A program made the translations under genes and the position numbers. DNA of 64,000 bases from positions 390,945 through 454,944 of the forward strand of contig JBAZKQ010000001.1 of the NCBI GenBank assembly GCA_041650715.1. The letters run 5' to 3'. This document shows, one piece after another, positions 36,379 through 45,381 of this stretch. A model generated the notes under the pieces. It saw only the letters and a list, made by a program, of their open reading frames with translations, was not told where the DNA came from and made no database searches. This DNA comes from Patescibacteria group bacterium (GTDB lineage Bacteria; Patescibacteriota; Patescibacteriia; Patescibacteriales; UBA12465). Numbering within the stretch: the first letter of the stretch is position 1; the number at the start of each line of letters is the position of its first letter.

Positions 36379-38823
36379 TTACATGATATTCGGCTGCAGA
36401 TGGTAATAGGGCGGATTATCTTTATAGCGCTTAATCGCCAAACGAATAATTTCTTCTAAGAAATCGCCGTAATCCATGCCGATCATTTCCGCCGAATCGG
36501 CGAAGAAGCCGCCATTATCAAGCGAGGGGTTCGGATTTAATTCGAGCACATAGGGATTATTATTCTTATCAACCCTAATTTCCACCCGGCCGTAGTCATG
36601 GCAATCTAATATTTTATAAGTATCAAGCGCAATTTCCCCGAGCAAGGTTTCCAGCTTCTTGCTGACGTTCTTGGGCGGCCGCTGGACGATGATTTTATCA
36701 TAAACCGAGCCATCGGTGTATTTCGCTTCAAAAGGGTAAATATGCCAGATATCAGTCGGTAATTCGTCAAAAATTGAGCGTGAAAGCGGTAAAATACGTA
36801 AATCGTCTTTATCCATACCGATAATCGGTACATCATATTCATCGCCCTCGATATATTCTTCGATTAAAGCCGGGCGGCCGATTTCCTTAATTACCTTCTC
36901 TAATTGCCGGCGCAATTCATCCTTATCGCGCACGACGGACTCGTTAGTAATACCAATCGAATTATCGGTGTTAGCCGGCTTGACGATTAAGGGATAGCGT
37001 AAATCTTCCCGGACATTATCCTCTAAAGTATAAACATAATCCCATTCTGGCGTCGGAATTTTATGGAAAGCCAATAATTTCTTGACGCGAATCTTATCGA
37101 TACATAGGCCCAAGGTAAAAGGATTTGAGCCCGTATACGGAATTTGTAAAGTATCAAAAATGGAAGCGGCGTGCGGTTCGAGCAAGCTTGAATTGTTAAT
37201 ACGTTCGCAGACATTAAATACTAAATCGACATCCGTATTTTTCAAATCATTAAAGGCCTTCGGCAGGTCATTGAAGTCAAAAAAAGTAATTTTATAACCT
37301 CTTTCCTTTAAATTCTTCTCGATATCCTTGCCGATAATCGTTAAATCATTTTCCACTACCGTTTCCTGATCGCCGGTATTCTCTTCATAAAGATTGCAGG
37401 CAATACCGATATGGAGATTGCGCTGATTGGAAATTTCCATACGCCGAATTTTTTCAATCTTCGAGCCGCGCTTTAAAATTTCTCGATTGATAACCGAAGC
37501 GGAAAACGGAGTTTTGCGTGCCGTCTTACCGATTGAAGAAGCGTGGTGGAATTTGGCCACTTCATAATATATTTCTTTTTCAGCTTCCTTTAGATTGTCT
37601 GAGGCGTCGAGCGGATTGATACCGGAGACCAGTAGCCAGCCTAAAAGCTCATAACCGTCCGGCGGGGATAAAACCGAGTCGCCTATTCGTTTATCGAATT
37701 GGAACTCCTCGACATAGGGTCGCTTTTTCAAATCTTCAGCGATATCAAGATTAACGAGAATGCCGGAGTGATCCGAAGAAAAGCTTTCCGCGCATAAATA
37801 TTTATAAGGACTGGCCAAGGGTTCCCATTTCGGCAAATAAACGCCACAGGCTATTTTCAGGGCGCTTTCAATCAAATCGACCTTAAAAGCGGCTTTAATA
37901 CTCGGATAAATTTCATCGCCTCCCAAGCGCAGATTAATTTCGAGCGGCATCGGGCCCTCATGGGTCGATTTCGCTTCAAAATGGATACAGCCATTTAAAA
38001 CACCAAGCTTCTCCAGAGATTCATCAGCGAGCGCGAGTAGCTCCATTTGGTTTTTCGGCGGCAAATTAGACGGCGTCATACGAATCGTTTCAATAAAAAA
38101 TGGCTCTTTCGTTTTGCCGTTATCAGAAATACCGCAAAACTTTATTTTTCCGTTCTGCACAAGAATATCCATATCAACCTCATCACCGTCGATATATTCT
38201 TCCACAAAGACATCAAGACCATCACTCAAAGCCGATTCAACCTTGGCTGAGATTTCTTTCTTGATATAGCTAAAACTTTCCCGAAGTTCCTCCTCATTAT
38301 CAACCTTAACGACAAAAGCACTGGCCGCGCCATAGGCCGGTTTAACAACCAAGGGGAAATTAAAAGTCTTAATAATTTCTTCTAAATCCTTAATCGATTT
38401 CAACTCTTTGTGATGAATTGTCGGCAGGTTATTGTTTGCACAAAATTCACGTAAGAGATATTTATTACGAATTCGGTTGGCTATTTTATAGGGAACGCCG
38501 ATTAAATGATGGCGGTCGGAAATCTTTGAAGTTAAAAGCACATCGTCCTCCCAAAAGGTCAAAACTCCGTCCAACTTTATTTCGGGATGATCCTTGAGAA
38601 AATTATCTAAAGCGGCCAAAGCCTCCGGATGATTAGCCGTGTCGGCAGAAATATGAAAATCGACATAAGGCTGAAGCGTGCTGGCCTCCTTGCCGAGAGT
38701 TATGATTTTGACACCAAAACCCTTAGCCTTCTTAATAAAAAATTTCTTGGTTGTATTGACGATTAAGACCGTTCGGCCATGCAGGCCCTGATGGTTTGGA
38801 TCAGAATTTCCGTTCCCGTTCAT
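36379..38823 (-). CDS. Fusion of two ATP-grasp ligase modules (N-terminal ATP-grasp_4-like; C-terminal D-Ala-D-Ala-ligase-like)
   Basis: Module 1: FPLVVKPAYGAASAFVVKV, VFVEEYIDGDEVDMDILV, PLEINLRLGGDEI. Module 2: DLVFNVCERINNSSLLEPHAASIFDTLQIPYTGS, YPLIVKPANTDNSIGIT, LIEEYIEGDEYDVPIIG, YVLELNPNPSL. Confidence 0.8.
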   Translation of the reverse strand: MNGNGNSDPNHQGLHGRTVLIVNTTKKFFIKKAKGFGVKIITLGKEASTLQPYVDFHISADTANHPEALAALDNFLKDHPEIKLDGVLTFWEDDVLLTSKISDRHHLIGVPYKIANRIRNKYLLREFCANNNLPTIHHKELKSIKDLEEIIKTFNFPLVVKPAYGAASAFVVKVDNEEELRESFSYIKKEISAKVESALSDGLDVFVEEYIDGDEVDMDILVQNGKIKFCGISDNGKTKEPFFIETIRMTPSNLPPKNQMELLALADESLEKLGVLNGCIHFEAKSTHEGPMPLEINLRLGGDEIYPSIKAAFKVDLIESALKIACGVYLPKWEPLASPYKYLCAESFSSDHSGILVNLDIAEDLKKRPYVEEFQFDKRIGDSVLSPPDGYELLGWLLVSGINPLDASDNLKEAEKEIYYEVAKFHHASSIGKTARKTPFSASVINREILKRGSKIEKIRRMEISNQRNLHIGIACNLYEENTGDQETVVENDLTIIGKDIEKNLKERGYKITFFDFNDLPKAFNDLKNTDVDLVFNVCERINNSSLLEPHAASIFDTLQIPYTGSNPFTLGLCIDKIRVKKLLAFHKIPTPEWDYVYTLEDNVREDLRYPLIVKPANTDNSIGITNESVVRDKDELRRQLEKVIKEIGRPALIEEYIEGDEYDVPIIGMDKDDLRILPLSRSIFDELPTDIWHIYPFEAKYTDGSVYDKIIVQRPPKNVSKKLETLLGEIALDTYKILDCHDYGRVEIRVDKNNNPYVLELNPNPSLDNGGFFADSAEMIGMDYGDFLEEIIRLAIKRYKDNPPYYHLQPNIM

Positions 38824-38826
38824 AAA

Positions 38827-39612
38827 TTATTTTATATTATATGTTACTCCAATTTCGATTATCACTTCACGATTACCCGCCGGCGTACTGGGCGAAGAAA
38901 CCGCAGCACCGCCCATTCCGCCTTTGCCATAATCGGCGCCGGCATAATAAGGCTGAGGGCTGACCAAATTTTCATACCAGCCGGTGATATCTTCCAGATG
39001 AATCCCAGCGGCTGTTGCCAGGGCCGTACTCTTGCTCTTAGCGTCCGTAATGGCCGCTAAACGCGCCTGCTGCTTCAAATCGTTCATATTGGTCGCATCG
39101 AAGGCCAGGTTATTAACTTGATTCGCTCCCGCCTTAGAAGCGGCGGCGATAACGGCGCTTAATTTACCAGGATTCTGATCATAGCCGAGGACTTTAACTA
39201 CCAATTGCTCATTGGCATTATAGCCGGAAACGACGGAGATATTATCCTTATAATCATACTGGGGGTAAAGAGAATAATTCTGCGTATCAATATTTTCGAC
39301 GCCGATGCCCTGCGCTTTAATCGCGGCAATAATACTGGCAACTTTCGCGTTTAGTTGGTTAAGCGCTTCATCCGGCTTAGCTACTTTATCAATCTGGACA
39401 CCAAGCGTGACCACGGCGATATCGGGGTTATAAGTAATCTTGCCTTGCCCTGTAACCGTCACTGAGCGGAATTGCTCATTAACAATCCGGTCGCGTAAAA
39501 TCGCCACCGTAATTATACCGGCGAGCAGAAGCATCCCGATAATCGTCATGATGGCGCGGGGAGACTTCCAGGAAGTGGCGGGAAAGCCCGCTCTGTCGTT
39601 TGTTTCTGACAT
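38827..39612 (-). CDS. SIMPL/DUF541-family secreted protein (paralog 1)
   Basis: N-terminal TM, then VTVTGQGKITYNPDIAVVTLGVQ ... and C-terminal NREVIIEIGVTYNIK, typical of SIMPL. Similar to 49161-49901. Confidence 0.7.
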   Translation of the reverse strand: MSETNDRAGFPATSWKSPRAIMTIIGMLLLAGIITVAILRDRIVNEQFRSVTVTGQGKITYNPDIAVVTLGVQIDKVAKPDEALNQLNAKVASIIAAIKAQGIGVENIDTQNYSLYPQYDYKDNISVVSGYNANEQLVVKVLGYDQNPGKLSAVIAAASKAGANQVNNLAFDATNMNDLKQQARLAAITDAKSKSTALATAAGIHLEDITGWYENLVSPQPYYAGADYGKGGMGGAAVSSPSTPAGNREVIIEIGVTYNIK

Positions 39613-39670
39613 ATTGTTTAAAAATAAATATTTATATTATTATAACACTTTCTTTAAAAACAACAATTAT

Positions 39671-40078
39671 TTAGGCCGGATTTAATTCTGATGCGCTAAG
39701 CTTTATCTGGGCTTGAACCAATTCGGCATCGAGTTCAATATGGGCATTCTTAATTTCCCAAGCAATGGCGGAAAGGGCTTCAAAATATGTTTTACCTTCT
39801 GCCATCTTGGCGGAAATATTCGCAGTCGAGTAAATTAATTTTATATACTCGGCGGCGAGCTCATCCGGGAGCGCGCCTTCTTGATGATTAAACATTTCCA
39901 GAACTTGCTTAGCCTCGAAATCGTTTAAAGTTTTTAAAATATCGCGGGCCTTGCCGTTTATGGCAAAATTCTTGTCGGCGAGAATAATATCGCGAAATTC
40001 GGTAAACACATGGCCGAGTTCCCGTTTTGCCGCTTGTTCGTCTTTAGATAAACCATTTTTCGCTTCATATTTATTCAT
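39671..40078 (-). CDS. Hypothetical protein
   Basis: 135-aa helical ORF. No motif recognised. Confidence 0.5.
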   Translation of the reverse strand: MNKYEAKNGLSKDEQAAKRELGHVFTEFRDIILADKNFAINGKARDILKTLNDFEAKQVLEMFNHQEGALPDELAAEYIKLIYSTANISAKMAEGKTYFEALSAIAWEIKNAHIELDAELVQAQIKLSASELNPA

Positions 40079-40111
40079 ATAGTTCGTTTCGCTCGCTGAC
40101 GCGGGCGCTTA

Positions 40112-40825
40112 TTACTGCTTTAAATAATGCTCTCTTTCCGCCGGACTAAAATGCTCGATCGCATAGCGCAAAGCGGTGCGCGGAATATTTTTTATTTCCT
40201 TATCTAAAAATGTAGTGAGTTTTTTCTTGGAAACGCGTTTGCCAACTTCCCGAAGCATCCAGCCTACCGCTTTATGCATTAAATCATGTTCATCGCTTAA
40301 TAGTTGTTTCGCGATTACTAAACTTTCATCGGCTCGCCCTTTTTGGATAAAAGCAAAAGTCGAAAGCATGGCGATGCGCCGCTCCCAAAGATTTTTGGAG
40401 CGCGCCAGCTTATGCAAAATCTCATCTTTCTGCGCGACTAAATAAAAATAATCACCAAGAATTTTCGGGGCCGATAAATCAACTAAATCCCAGTTATTAA
40501 TCCGCTTCGTGTGGCGCAGATAAAATTTAACGATTTTCTCTTTTATTTTTTGATTCTCTGCCCCTTGATATTTGGCCACGAGAATTAACAAGGCGGCTAA
40601 ACGGAATTCATGATACTCGCTGGCGAGCAGTTTACTTATGGCCGGAAAATCAAGATCAATATACTGCAAAGCGATTTTGCGTGTTACCGGCACCTTTATG
40701 CCCAAAAACACATCGCCCTCGCCATATTGGCCTTTTCCCGTCTTGAAAAAGCGCTGTAAATTCGCGGCTTGCGTTTTACGGCCGGCTTTTTTTAGCTCCG
40801 CACTAATTTTTCCTAACTTATCCAT
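40112..40825 (-). CDS. DNA alkylation repair enzyme (AlkC/AlkD-like HEAT-repeat glycosylase family)
   Basis: LQRFFKTGKGQYGEGDVFLGIKVP, INNWDLVD, LWERRIAMLSTF, HKAVGWMLREVGK. Confidence 0.8.
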   Translation of the reverse strand: MDKLGKISAELKKAGRKTQAANLQRFFKTGKGQYGEGDVFLGIKVPVTRKIALQYIDLDFPAISKLLASEYHEFRLAALLILVAKYQGAENQKIKEKIVKFYLRHTKRINNWDLVDLSAPKILGDYFYLVAQKDEILHKLARSKNLWERRIAMLSTFAFIQKGRADESLVIAKQLLSDEHDLMHKAVGWMLREVGKRVSKKKLTTFLDKEIKNIPRTALRYAIEHFSPAEREHYLKQ

Positions 40826-40849
40826 ATTATTTACAAGCTAAGCTGCTAA

Positions 40850-41611
40850 TTAAAAACCTTCACCCGTAACATTTTGCATTTCCGGGTTAGATAAGATCGG
40901 TTTATTCAAATCAACCACGCCCCGCCAAATCTGATCGCCTTTGCGGGCAAAAAAGATTAATTCCGTCTTGCTATTATTAACCGTCACGCCGTAAATGCGA
41001 TCATAGGGCTGGCTTTCCCAAGTATTAAAAACGAGCATGTCCCCGCGGCTATCGCGCGCCTTATAAACAAAGTACTGATTATCCGGAGTAAAGAAATGCG
41101 GCTCAAAAATCCAATCATATACTTTCCCCTCTTTGCCATCAATAACGGCCAAAGACTTTCCATTAACCTTGGCGGTATAGGCAAAACGCTGACCGCTCGC
41201 GCTGAACTGCATGGAAAAAATATCGTCATAGGAAGCGCCGGACTGACCATTCAAGGCTAAGGTTTTTTTGTGAAATTTTGTGTCGTTAAAAATATAGGCG
41301 ACCGATTGGCCGTTTGGGCTCATTAAAAAATTCAATTCATCCAAATTTTTCTGAGCGGTATTTAAACTGAGAAATTTAGCCTCCCGAGTCACCGGGTTCG
41401 CGGGTCTGACCCCAACCCGTCTCTCATTCTCTACCTTAAGCCCGGCGGAAACTACCAGGTTTTGACGTAAAGCTTCAAAAATCATGAGACGCGTCCAGAC
41501 AAGTGTAAAAGCAAAGGCGGCCAGCAAAACAAAAAAGAACCAAAAATAAACCCGATTCTTTTTCCATTCGGTGTGCCACACGCGCACCACGCCTTTAAAC
41601 GATTTTTTCAT
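40850..41611 (-). CDS. Hypothetical membrane-anchored repeat (beta-propeller-like) protein
   Basis: N-terminal TM VYFWFFFVLLAAFAFTLVW. Repeated x-Y-x-A/F ... G-K/D motifs (FAYTAKVNGKSLAVIDGKEGKVYD, FVYKARDSRGDMLVF). Confidence 0.5.
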   Translation of the reverse strand: MKKSFKGVVRVWHTEWKKNRVYFWFFFVLLAAFAFTLVWTRLMIFEALRQNLVVSAGLKVENERRVGVRPANPVTREAKFLSLNTAQKNLDELNFLMSPNGQSVAYIFNDTKFHKKTLALNGQSGASYDDIFSMQFSASGQRFAYTAKVNGKSLAVIDGKEGKVYDWIFEPHFFTPDNQYFVYKARDSRGDMLVFNTWESQPYDRIYGVTVNNSKTELIFFARKGDQIWRGVVDLNKPILSNPEMQNVTGEGF

Positions 41612-41657
41612 ATTTTTAAAATATTTTATGGCTAAATTTTATGTTTAAATTTAATGT

Positions 41658-42116
41658 CTAATAATGATAATTTTTTTGACCCAGAATCGTGGCTGCTCGG
41701 TAAATTTGCTCGAGCAGAACAACACGGGCGAGCTCATGCGGAAAAGTCAAAGCGGATAAGGATAAGGATGGATATTTCTGATAAAGCGCTTCGCTAAAAC
41801 CGAGCGCACCGCCGACCACCAGAATTAAAGGCGTTTTCTTTTCGAGCCAATAAGCAAATTCGGGCGAAGGCATCTCCAAGCCTCTTTCCGCGAGCAAATA
41901 CATAATCGCTTCCGTTTGCTTGCTTAAATAATTTTCAATTTTTTCCCCTTCATAGTCTTTGGCTTTATCCCGCATTTTTTCCGAAAAAGCGACTGCTTCA
42001 AGCTCAACCATTTTAATACGCGCGTAAGGCCTTAAGCGCTTCAAATACTCTGCCGCCAAATGCGCGTATGATTTATCTTTTATTTTTCCGATAGTGAGAA
42101 TTGTGATATCTAACAT
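41658..42116 (-). CDS. rlmH: 23S rRNA (pseudouridine1915-N3)-methyltransferase RlmH (SPOUT)
   Basis: ILVVGGALGFSEAL ... LSLSALTFPHELARVVLLEQIYRA. Confidence 0.9.
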   Translation of the reverse strand: MLDITILTIGKIKDKSYAHLAAEYLKRLRPYARIKMVELEAVAFSEKMRDKAKDYEGEKIENYLSKQTEAIMYLLAERGLEMPSPEFAYWLEKKTPLILVVGGALGFSEALYQKYPSLSLSALTFPHELARVVLLEQIYRAATILGQKNYHY

Positions 42117-42148
42117 ATATTTAGTATTCTACTAACGCGATCCCGATT

Positions 42149-43093
42149 TTACCACGAGCCGCTGGCGCCACCACCCCCGGAAGAGCCGCCCCCGAAACCG
42201 CCGCCGCCGCCAAATCCACCGAAACCACCACCCCCGAAACCGCCGCCTTTACCGCCGGGACCGCCGAAAAACCAGAAATTATTACCACCGCGGCCGACTT
42301 TAGGCGTTTTTGGCTTCGGTAAAACACGCGAAACCAGGTAATCCATAACCAGCCCGAAAAAACCGATGCCGACGGGAATAAAAATGAAATTTAAAAGTGT
42401 CCGAAAAAATATGACCGTGATTAATAAGCCGATACCGATACCAATCAGGCCTCCTTCCCACCAAGCGCGGCTTTTAGCTAAATGACGCCATAGCGCATTC
42501 AAGACGCCAAAAAGAATGAAGACGAGAAAAAGAAGCGCATTTAAATCCAAACCAGAAGATTTAAACGCGCTAAGCGCGGGCGATGCAGTACTCGCCGGTG
42601 CTTGATATTCCCCCTTGGTCGCGGCCATAATTTGATCGACAGCCGTATTTATACCGCCATTATAATCATTCGCTTGAAAGGCCGGCTTCAGAGTTTTGTT
42701 AATAATTTGATAGCTCGTTGCGTCGGGCAAAGCGCCCTCGAGTCCATAACCGACTTCAATTCGCATCAGGTGGTCACCCGAAGAAATAAGCAATAAAACG
42801 CCGTTGTCAGTTTTTGCTTTACCAATACCCCAATCCGTAAATAATTTATTGGCAAAATTTTCGATCGTATCGCCTTGCAGACTCGGAATGGTGACCACGG
42901 CAATTTCATTAGTCGATTCAGTATTGAACTGAATTAATTTTGCGTTCAAGCTTGCCGCCTGGTCCGCCGTCAGCAAACCTGCATAATCATTAACAAAACC
43001 AGCCGGTTTTCCCGGATTATAATAAGCCGCCGCCGAGAAAGCGGCCGATAAAACAACAATAATGCTAAAGATTAGAACAAAACGTAGTTTCAT
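42149..43093 (-). CDS. TPM-domain (YgcG-like) membrane protein with Gly-rich tail
   Basis: FVNDYAGLLTADQAASLNAKL ... EIAVVTIPSLQGDTIENFANKLFTDWGIGKAKTDNGVLLLIS ... RIEVGYGLEGALPD. C-terminal GGGFGGGGFGGFGGGGGFGGG. Confidence 0.85.
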   Translation of the reverse strand: MKLRFVLIFSIIVVLSAAFSAAAYYNPGKPAGFVNDYAGLLTADQAASLNAKLIQFNTESTNEIAVVTIPSLQGDTIENFANKLFTDWGIGKAKTDNGVLLLISSGDHLMRIEVGYGLEGALPDATSYQIINKTLKPAFQANDYNGGINTAVDQIMAATKGEYQAPASTASPALSAFKSSGLDLNALLFLVFILFGVLNALWRHLAKSRAWWEGGLIGIGIGLLITVIFFRTLLNFIFIPVGIGFFGLVMDYLVSRVLPKPKTPKVGRGGNNFWFFGGPGGKGGGFGGGGFGGFGGGGGFGGGSSGGGGASGSW

Positions 43094-43103
43094 TGATAAG
43101 TAA

Positions 43104-43667
43104 TTAGTTTAATTGCAAATCAACCTTAGGCGCTTCGGTCGCGGCCGGAGCTACTTGGAAGTATGCTTTTTCAGAATAATTATACATTGAGGAAATAACA
43201 TTCATCGGGAAACGTTTAATCAGGATATTATAGGCTTTCACTTCATCGTTAAAGCGGCTTCGTTCCACGCTCACACGATTTTCCGTACCTTCAAGCTGCG
43301 CCATTAAAGTCTGAACCGTGTCGATTGATTTGAGCTGCGGATAATTTTCCATGATAGCGATTAAGCGTCCTAAGGCGCCTTCAACTTGCGTCGCCGCTTC
43401 GGCTTTGGCGTTAACTGTAGTCGCTCCGCTATAATTAGCACGGGCGGCCGCCAAGTCGCCAAAAACTTTAGTTTCTTGGCCCATCGCGCCTTTAACTGAC
43501 TCCACTAAATTCGGAATTAAATCAAAGCGTCTTTGATATTGCACCTCAACTTGCGCCCATTGATTGTCCACCTGTTCGCTTGCGGTTACCAGCTTATTAT
43601 ACGAGGTCCAAAACCAGGCACCGACGATAATCACGACACCTAAAATAATTAAGAGAACTTTTTTCAT
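43104..43667 (-). CDS. lemA: LemA family protein
   Basis: YNKLVTASEQVDNQWAQVEVQYQRRFDLIPNLV ... ENRVSVERSRFNDEVKAYN. Confidence 0.9.
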   Translation of the reverse strand: MKKVLLIILGVVIIVGAWFWTSYNKLVTASEQVDNQWAQVEVQYQRRFDLIPNLVESVKGAMGQETKVFGDLAAARANYSGATTVNAKAEAATQVEGALGRLIAIMENYPQLKSIDTVQTLMAQLEGTENRVSVERSRFNDEVKAYNILIKRFPMNVISSMYNYSEKAYFQVAPAATEAPKVDLQLN

Positions 43668-43860
43668 AGTTTTTTTTGTTATTTTTTCTTTATTTATATT
43701 AAAATTTAGCTAATGTTATAATAAATTAGCATTTTTATTCCCTTCTATATTATGCTTTAATTTTAGCACAAAATTCACAAATAAACAATGGATTAAGCGC
43801 AAAAACTGAGCAAAATGTAACGTTTCAGTAATTTTTACGTATTATTAGATAACGAAATAT

Positions 43861-44034
43861 ATGAATAATAATCATTTACAGAAATCAACGACAAAAATGA
43901 CCCCGTATAATAACGGCGGCGCTTTTGCTTTTATTGGCTTAGTCGACCGCAGCGTCGGGATTTCTACTTTTTGTTTATTATTTATCATTAACCAATTTAT
44001 TACCCCCAATTTCTTACTAATACCAAGACCATAA
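43861..44034 (+). CDS. Possible 57-aa leader/small membrane peptide upstream of the MFS gene (below the ORF-track cutoff)
   Basis: Hand translation MNNNHLQKSTTKMTPYNNGGAFAFIGLVDRSVGISTFCLLFIINQFITPNFLLIPRP. Followed by a terminator at 44061-44091. No clear RBS. Confidence 0.3.
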   Translation: MNNNHLQKSTTKMTPYNNGGAFAFIGLVDRSVGISTFCLLFIINQFITPNFLLIPRP

Positions 44035-44060
44035 AATAATATAATCAACAAATCGCTTGA

Positions 44061-44091
44061 ATCCCGACGGAAACACCGCCGGGATTTTTTT
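44061..44091 (+). terminator. Intrinsic terminator/attenuator 24 nt upstream of the MFS start codon
   Basis: ATCCCGACGG-AAACA-CCGCCGGGAT followed by 7 T residues, then AAAGGAGACC (Shine-Dalgarno) and the ATG at 44115. Confidence 0.75.
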
Positions 44092-44114
44092 ATAAAAATA
44101 GAAAGGAGACCAAT

Positions 44115-45311
44115 ATGAAAAATCTCAAACTAAACAAAACGCACTCAATCACCCGCAATTATTTAATTTTGTCCTTTTTAATCATGCTTGCTTCATCCTT
44201 CACTTTCGCGACCTATATTCCCTTCCTGGTTAACCGGGCGATGAATCTTTGGCAAATTAATGTGATTAATTCCTTCTTCATGGCCACCATTATCCTTATG
44301 GAAATGCCAACCGGATCATTCGCCGATAAATTCGGACGCAATCGCTCAATTACCATAAGCTGCTTTCTACTGGCCGGCGCCACTTTAACTTATTTCATCG
44401 CTGATTCCTTTTGGCTCTTTATTCTTGCCGAGGTAATTGCCGGACTGGGGAAAACTTTTGCTTCAGGCGCTCTTGAGGCCTGGGTGGTCGATTCCTTAAA
44501 GGCGGCAGGCCAATATGAACTTAAAGAAAAGCTTTTCCGCCAGGAAACTTATTGGAGCTCGGCCGGAGTAATCATCGGCAGCCTAATCGGCTCATACGTC
44601 GGTAACTATAATTTGGCCTGGCCCTGGCTAATTGCGGCCGCGCTTTCAATAGCCGTTGGTATTTATTCCTTCGGCCTGCGCGAGCCCAAGCAACTTGTTC
44701 ATAGCCAAAAAGCGGCCCCGGGTTTTACCGAACAAATAAAAATTGCTTGGCGCCATGGTTTCGGCAATAAGCAAATTATTAGCTTCATGGTGCTCGGCGC
44801 AATTCTCGCTCTCGCGATCCAAGCTTTAAACATGCAATGGACGATTGTTTTCCAAAAAAGTTATCATCTCGAAACTAAGTACCTCGGCTGGATATTTATC
44901 GGTATCGCCCTCGCCCAAGCTTGGGGCGGAAATCTTTCGAAGTATAGCCAGCGTTTTTTCAAGAATGAAAAAAAATCATTGGCCATTACTCAAGTCGCCA
45001 CCGCCATCCTCATTATTGTTATCACGCAAATTAGCGGCTTTGTGTCCACTTTGATTTTCTTTCTTCTTCACGAATTAACCCGTGGCGCTTTCAAACCCCT
45101 AAAGCAAAACTTCTTTAATGATCAATTATTATCGGAAACGCGGGCGACGGTTTTGTCTCTCGATTCGATGATAAATAAAGTGGGAAGTTTAATCGGCTTA
45201 CTCGTTAGCGGTTTCTTGGCCAATAGCTATTCAATTAATATCGCCTGGCTGGCCTCAGGGATATTTCTGCTCGGCGCTTCACTCCTATTTTTTCTGCCTC
45301 GAACGAAATAA
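44115..45311 (+). CDS. MFS transporter
   Basis: 398 aa, about 12 TM. Loop 2-3 motif MPTGSFADKFGRNRSI. AGGAG Shine-Dalgarno sequence 8 nt upstream. Confidence 0.85.
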   Translation: MKNLKLNKTHSITRNYLILSFLIMLASSFTFATYIPFLVNRAMNLWQINVINSFFMATIILMEMPTGSFADKFGRNRSITISCFLLAGATLTYFIADSFWLFILAEVIAGLGKTFASGALEAWVVDSLKAAGQYELKEKLFRQETYWSSAGVIIGSLIGSYVGNYNLAWPWLIAAALSIAVGIYSFGLREPKQLVHSQKAAPGFTEQIKIAWRHGFGNKQIISFMVLGAILALAIQALNMQWTIVFQKSYHLETKYLGWIFIGIALAQAWGGNLSKYSQRFFKNEKKSLAITQVATAILIIVITQISGFVSTLIFFLLHELTRGAFKPLKQNFFNDQLLSETRATVLSLDSMINKVGSLIGLLVSGFLANSYSINIAWLASGIFLLGASLLFFLPRTK

Positions 45312-45312
45312 C

Positions 45313-45341
45313 AAAAGACTCGCTTAAACGCGAGTCTTTTT
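45313..45341. terminator. Bidirectional intrinsic terminator
   Basis: AAAAGACTCGC-TTAAAC-GCGAGTCTTTTT. Confidence 0.85.
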
Positions 45342-45381
45342 CAATTTCTTAATTTCTTCTCTTAATTTGTGAGGCTATTTT

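Noticed and set aside
42121-42327. 68-aa ORF rich in Ala/Val overlapping the 3' end of the TPM-domain gene
   Set aside because: It is an alternative frame of the GGN-repeat (Gly-rich tail) region on the same strand. This is a repeat-generated artefact.
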